Notes under the pieces: generated by a model | The model's database searches: none | The model's input: only the letters and a program-made list of their open reading frames with translations | Told to the model about the DNA's origin: nothing | Made by a program: the position numbers and the translations under genes | Sequence record: OZ077758.1 | Source: a phage | DNA length: 44,664 nucleotides | Direction: 5' to 3' (one strand) | Part shown: one piece after another, positions 43,393-44,664 of the stretch | How the letters are laid out: every line of letters begins with the position of its first letter | How positions within the stretch are numbered: the first letter of the stretch is position 1

Positions 43393-44535
43393 ATGCACCC
43401 TCAAACTAAAATCACCGACGAGCAATTGATTGCTGAATTACAATCCGGCGCTACATCGAAAGAGATTTCTAAGAAGTACGGCCTTTCCCTCCGAAATGTC
43501 TACATGCGCAAAGCCCGCCTGTCGAAGAAAGGTATTGGTCACGGTAACGATGCCGTAATCCGTAAGCGCGTTGCCGATGGCTTTGGCGTTAAGCGCGTAT
43601 CCGCCCTGGTGCGAGGAAATGGCGAAGAGGTCATGTCGTGGGTCATCACTGAGCAGGACAAAGAGCGCCAACTCGAAGCCATGCGCGCTGTTGTCGAGGG
43701 TATGAACAGCGAAATCACACCGGCAGCGCCAGTGAAAGCCCCGCCAGTCCCGATCCAGGCGCTCGACTTGCTCAACCTGTACACCGTGTCAGACTTCCAC
43801 CTGGGAATGCTGGCATGGGGCGAGGAGACTGGCGAGGACTGGGATATGGCGATCGCCGAAGACCTGTTCTACCGCTGGTTTGTCGAAGCCTTCGCACGCG
43901 CCCCGGACGCAGGCACTGCCGTAATTAATATCCTCGGTGATATGGCCCACTTTGATAGCCTCGATGCTGTCACTCCGGCAAGTGGTCACATACTGGACGC
44001 GGACACCCGCTACCAGAAACTGGTACGATACATGATTCGCATGGTGCGCAACGTCGTCGAACTGGCGCTGCAAAAACACCACAAAGTCAAACTGCTAATC
44101 GTCCAGGGGAATCATGATGAGTCGGGCATGATTTGGCTTGCTGAGATGTTCAACACGCTGTACGAGAACGAGCCGCGCGTCGATGTGGACACGTCCCCGG
44201 ACGTCTACAAAATGGTGCAGCACGGTAAGACCACGCTATTTTTCCACCACGGGCACAAAGCGCGATTCGATGCTATCGAGCAGGTTATGATCGCTAAATT
44301 CAGACAGGCGTTCGGGGCGAGCGAATACAGCTACGCGCACGTAGGTCATTTGCACCACCAGAAGATTGTTGAGTCCCGCAACATGATTGTTGAACAGCAC
44401 CGGACGCTCGCAGCGAAAGACGCCTACGCCAGCCGTGGTGGTTGGATGTCCGGTCGCAGCGCCAACGTCATTACCTACAGCGCCAACTACGGCGAAGTAG
44501 CGCGCTTAACCATTAGCCCGGAAATGTTGAAGTAA
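43393..44535 (+). CDS. calcineurin-like metallophosphoesterase with N-terminal HTH
   Basis: 380 aa; N-terminal HTH-like KEISKKYGLSLRNVYMRKARL; phosphoesterase motifs DFHLG, GDMAHFD, GNHDE, HHGH, GHLHH. Confidence 0.7.
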   Translation: MHPQTKITDEQLIAELQSGATSKEISKKYGLSLRNVYMRKARLSKKGIGHGNDAVIRKRVADGFGVKRVSALVRGNGEEVMSWVITEQDKERQLEAMRAVVEGMNSEITPAAPVKAPPVPIQALDLLNLYTVSDFHLGMLAWGEETGEDWDMAIAEDLFYRWFVEAFARAPDAGTAVINILGDMAHFDSLDAVTPASGHILDADTRYQKLVRYMIRMVRNVVELALQKHHKVKLLIVQGNHDESGMIWLAEMFNTLYENEPRVDVDTSPDVYKMVQHGKTTLFFHHGHKARFDAIEQVMIAKFRQAFGASEYSYAHVGHLHHQKIVESRNMIVEQHRTLAAKDAYASRGGWMSGRSANVITYSANYGEVARLTISPEMLK

Positions 44536-44566
44536 CGGCAACCCATAAGCCTCCCAGCCTGCCGAT

Positions 44567-44595
44567 TTGGTGGGCTTTTTTGTGCCTGTTATAAT
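44567..44595 (+). promoter_or_regulatory. sigma70-like promoter reading across window end toward terminase
   Basis: TTGGTG - 17 bp - TATAAT (perfect -10); joining the window ends places AAAGGG as RBS about 9 nt before the ATG at position 1. Confidence 0.5.
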
Positions 44596-44664
44596 CCCCC
44601 TTAGATGGCAGGGCCGTCTCCTATGTTGCCGATGGTCGGCGCATATGTACAAAAGGGCTTATAT

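Noticed and set aside
44541-44582. Terminator hairpin after the phosphoesterase gene
   Set aside because: T-tract is present but the upstream stem is imperfect; could not build a convincing hairpin by eye, and the region overlaps the -35 of the terminal promoter.

Overview
The window reads as a complete, circularly permuted genome (about 44.7 kb) of a virulent siphovirus with a lambda-like tail and an SPP1-like head module; the host is probably enterobacterial (inferred from sigma70-like promoters and Shine-Dalgarno sites). Layout: a rightward late block (1..23841) with terminase, portal, head morphogenesis protein, spanins, scaffold, major capsid, head-tail joining genes, major tail protein, G/GT chaperone with a -1 frameshift, tape measure, gpM/L/K/I/J homologues and a tail fibre with a C-terminal S74 chaperone domain; a leftward early replication block (36363..23868) with Cas4-like nuclease, putative SSB, family A DNA polymerase, VRR-NUC, SNF2 helicase, two orphan methyltransferases, an HNH-like gene and a HAD hydrolase; a rightward early block (36767..41661) with an HTH protein and AEP primase-helicase; and a holin-endolysin cassette (41714..42724). 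No integrase, repressor, tRNA or CRISPR array was found. The parts not explained by ordinary annotation are: (1) a counter-oriented 254-aa moron inside the capsid module with its own promoter; (2) a lipoprotein moron beside the tail fibre gene; (3) two GGGACA-repeat loci sharing a ~170-bp element with a 34-bp variable cassette; (4) a 9-mer, TTGGTTGCA, sitting in almost every promoter region I could identify; (5) a perfect 77-bp tandem duplication that frameshifts the 3' end of the primase-helicase gene; (6) a compact C5-methyltransferase-like gene coupled to a degenerate HNH-like gene. All family assignments come from motifs read by eye; no database or structure search was possible, so functions are hypotheses.
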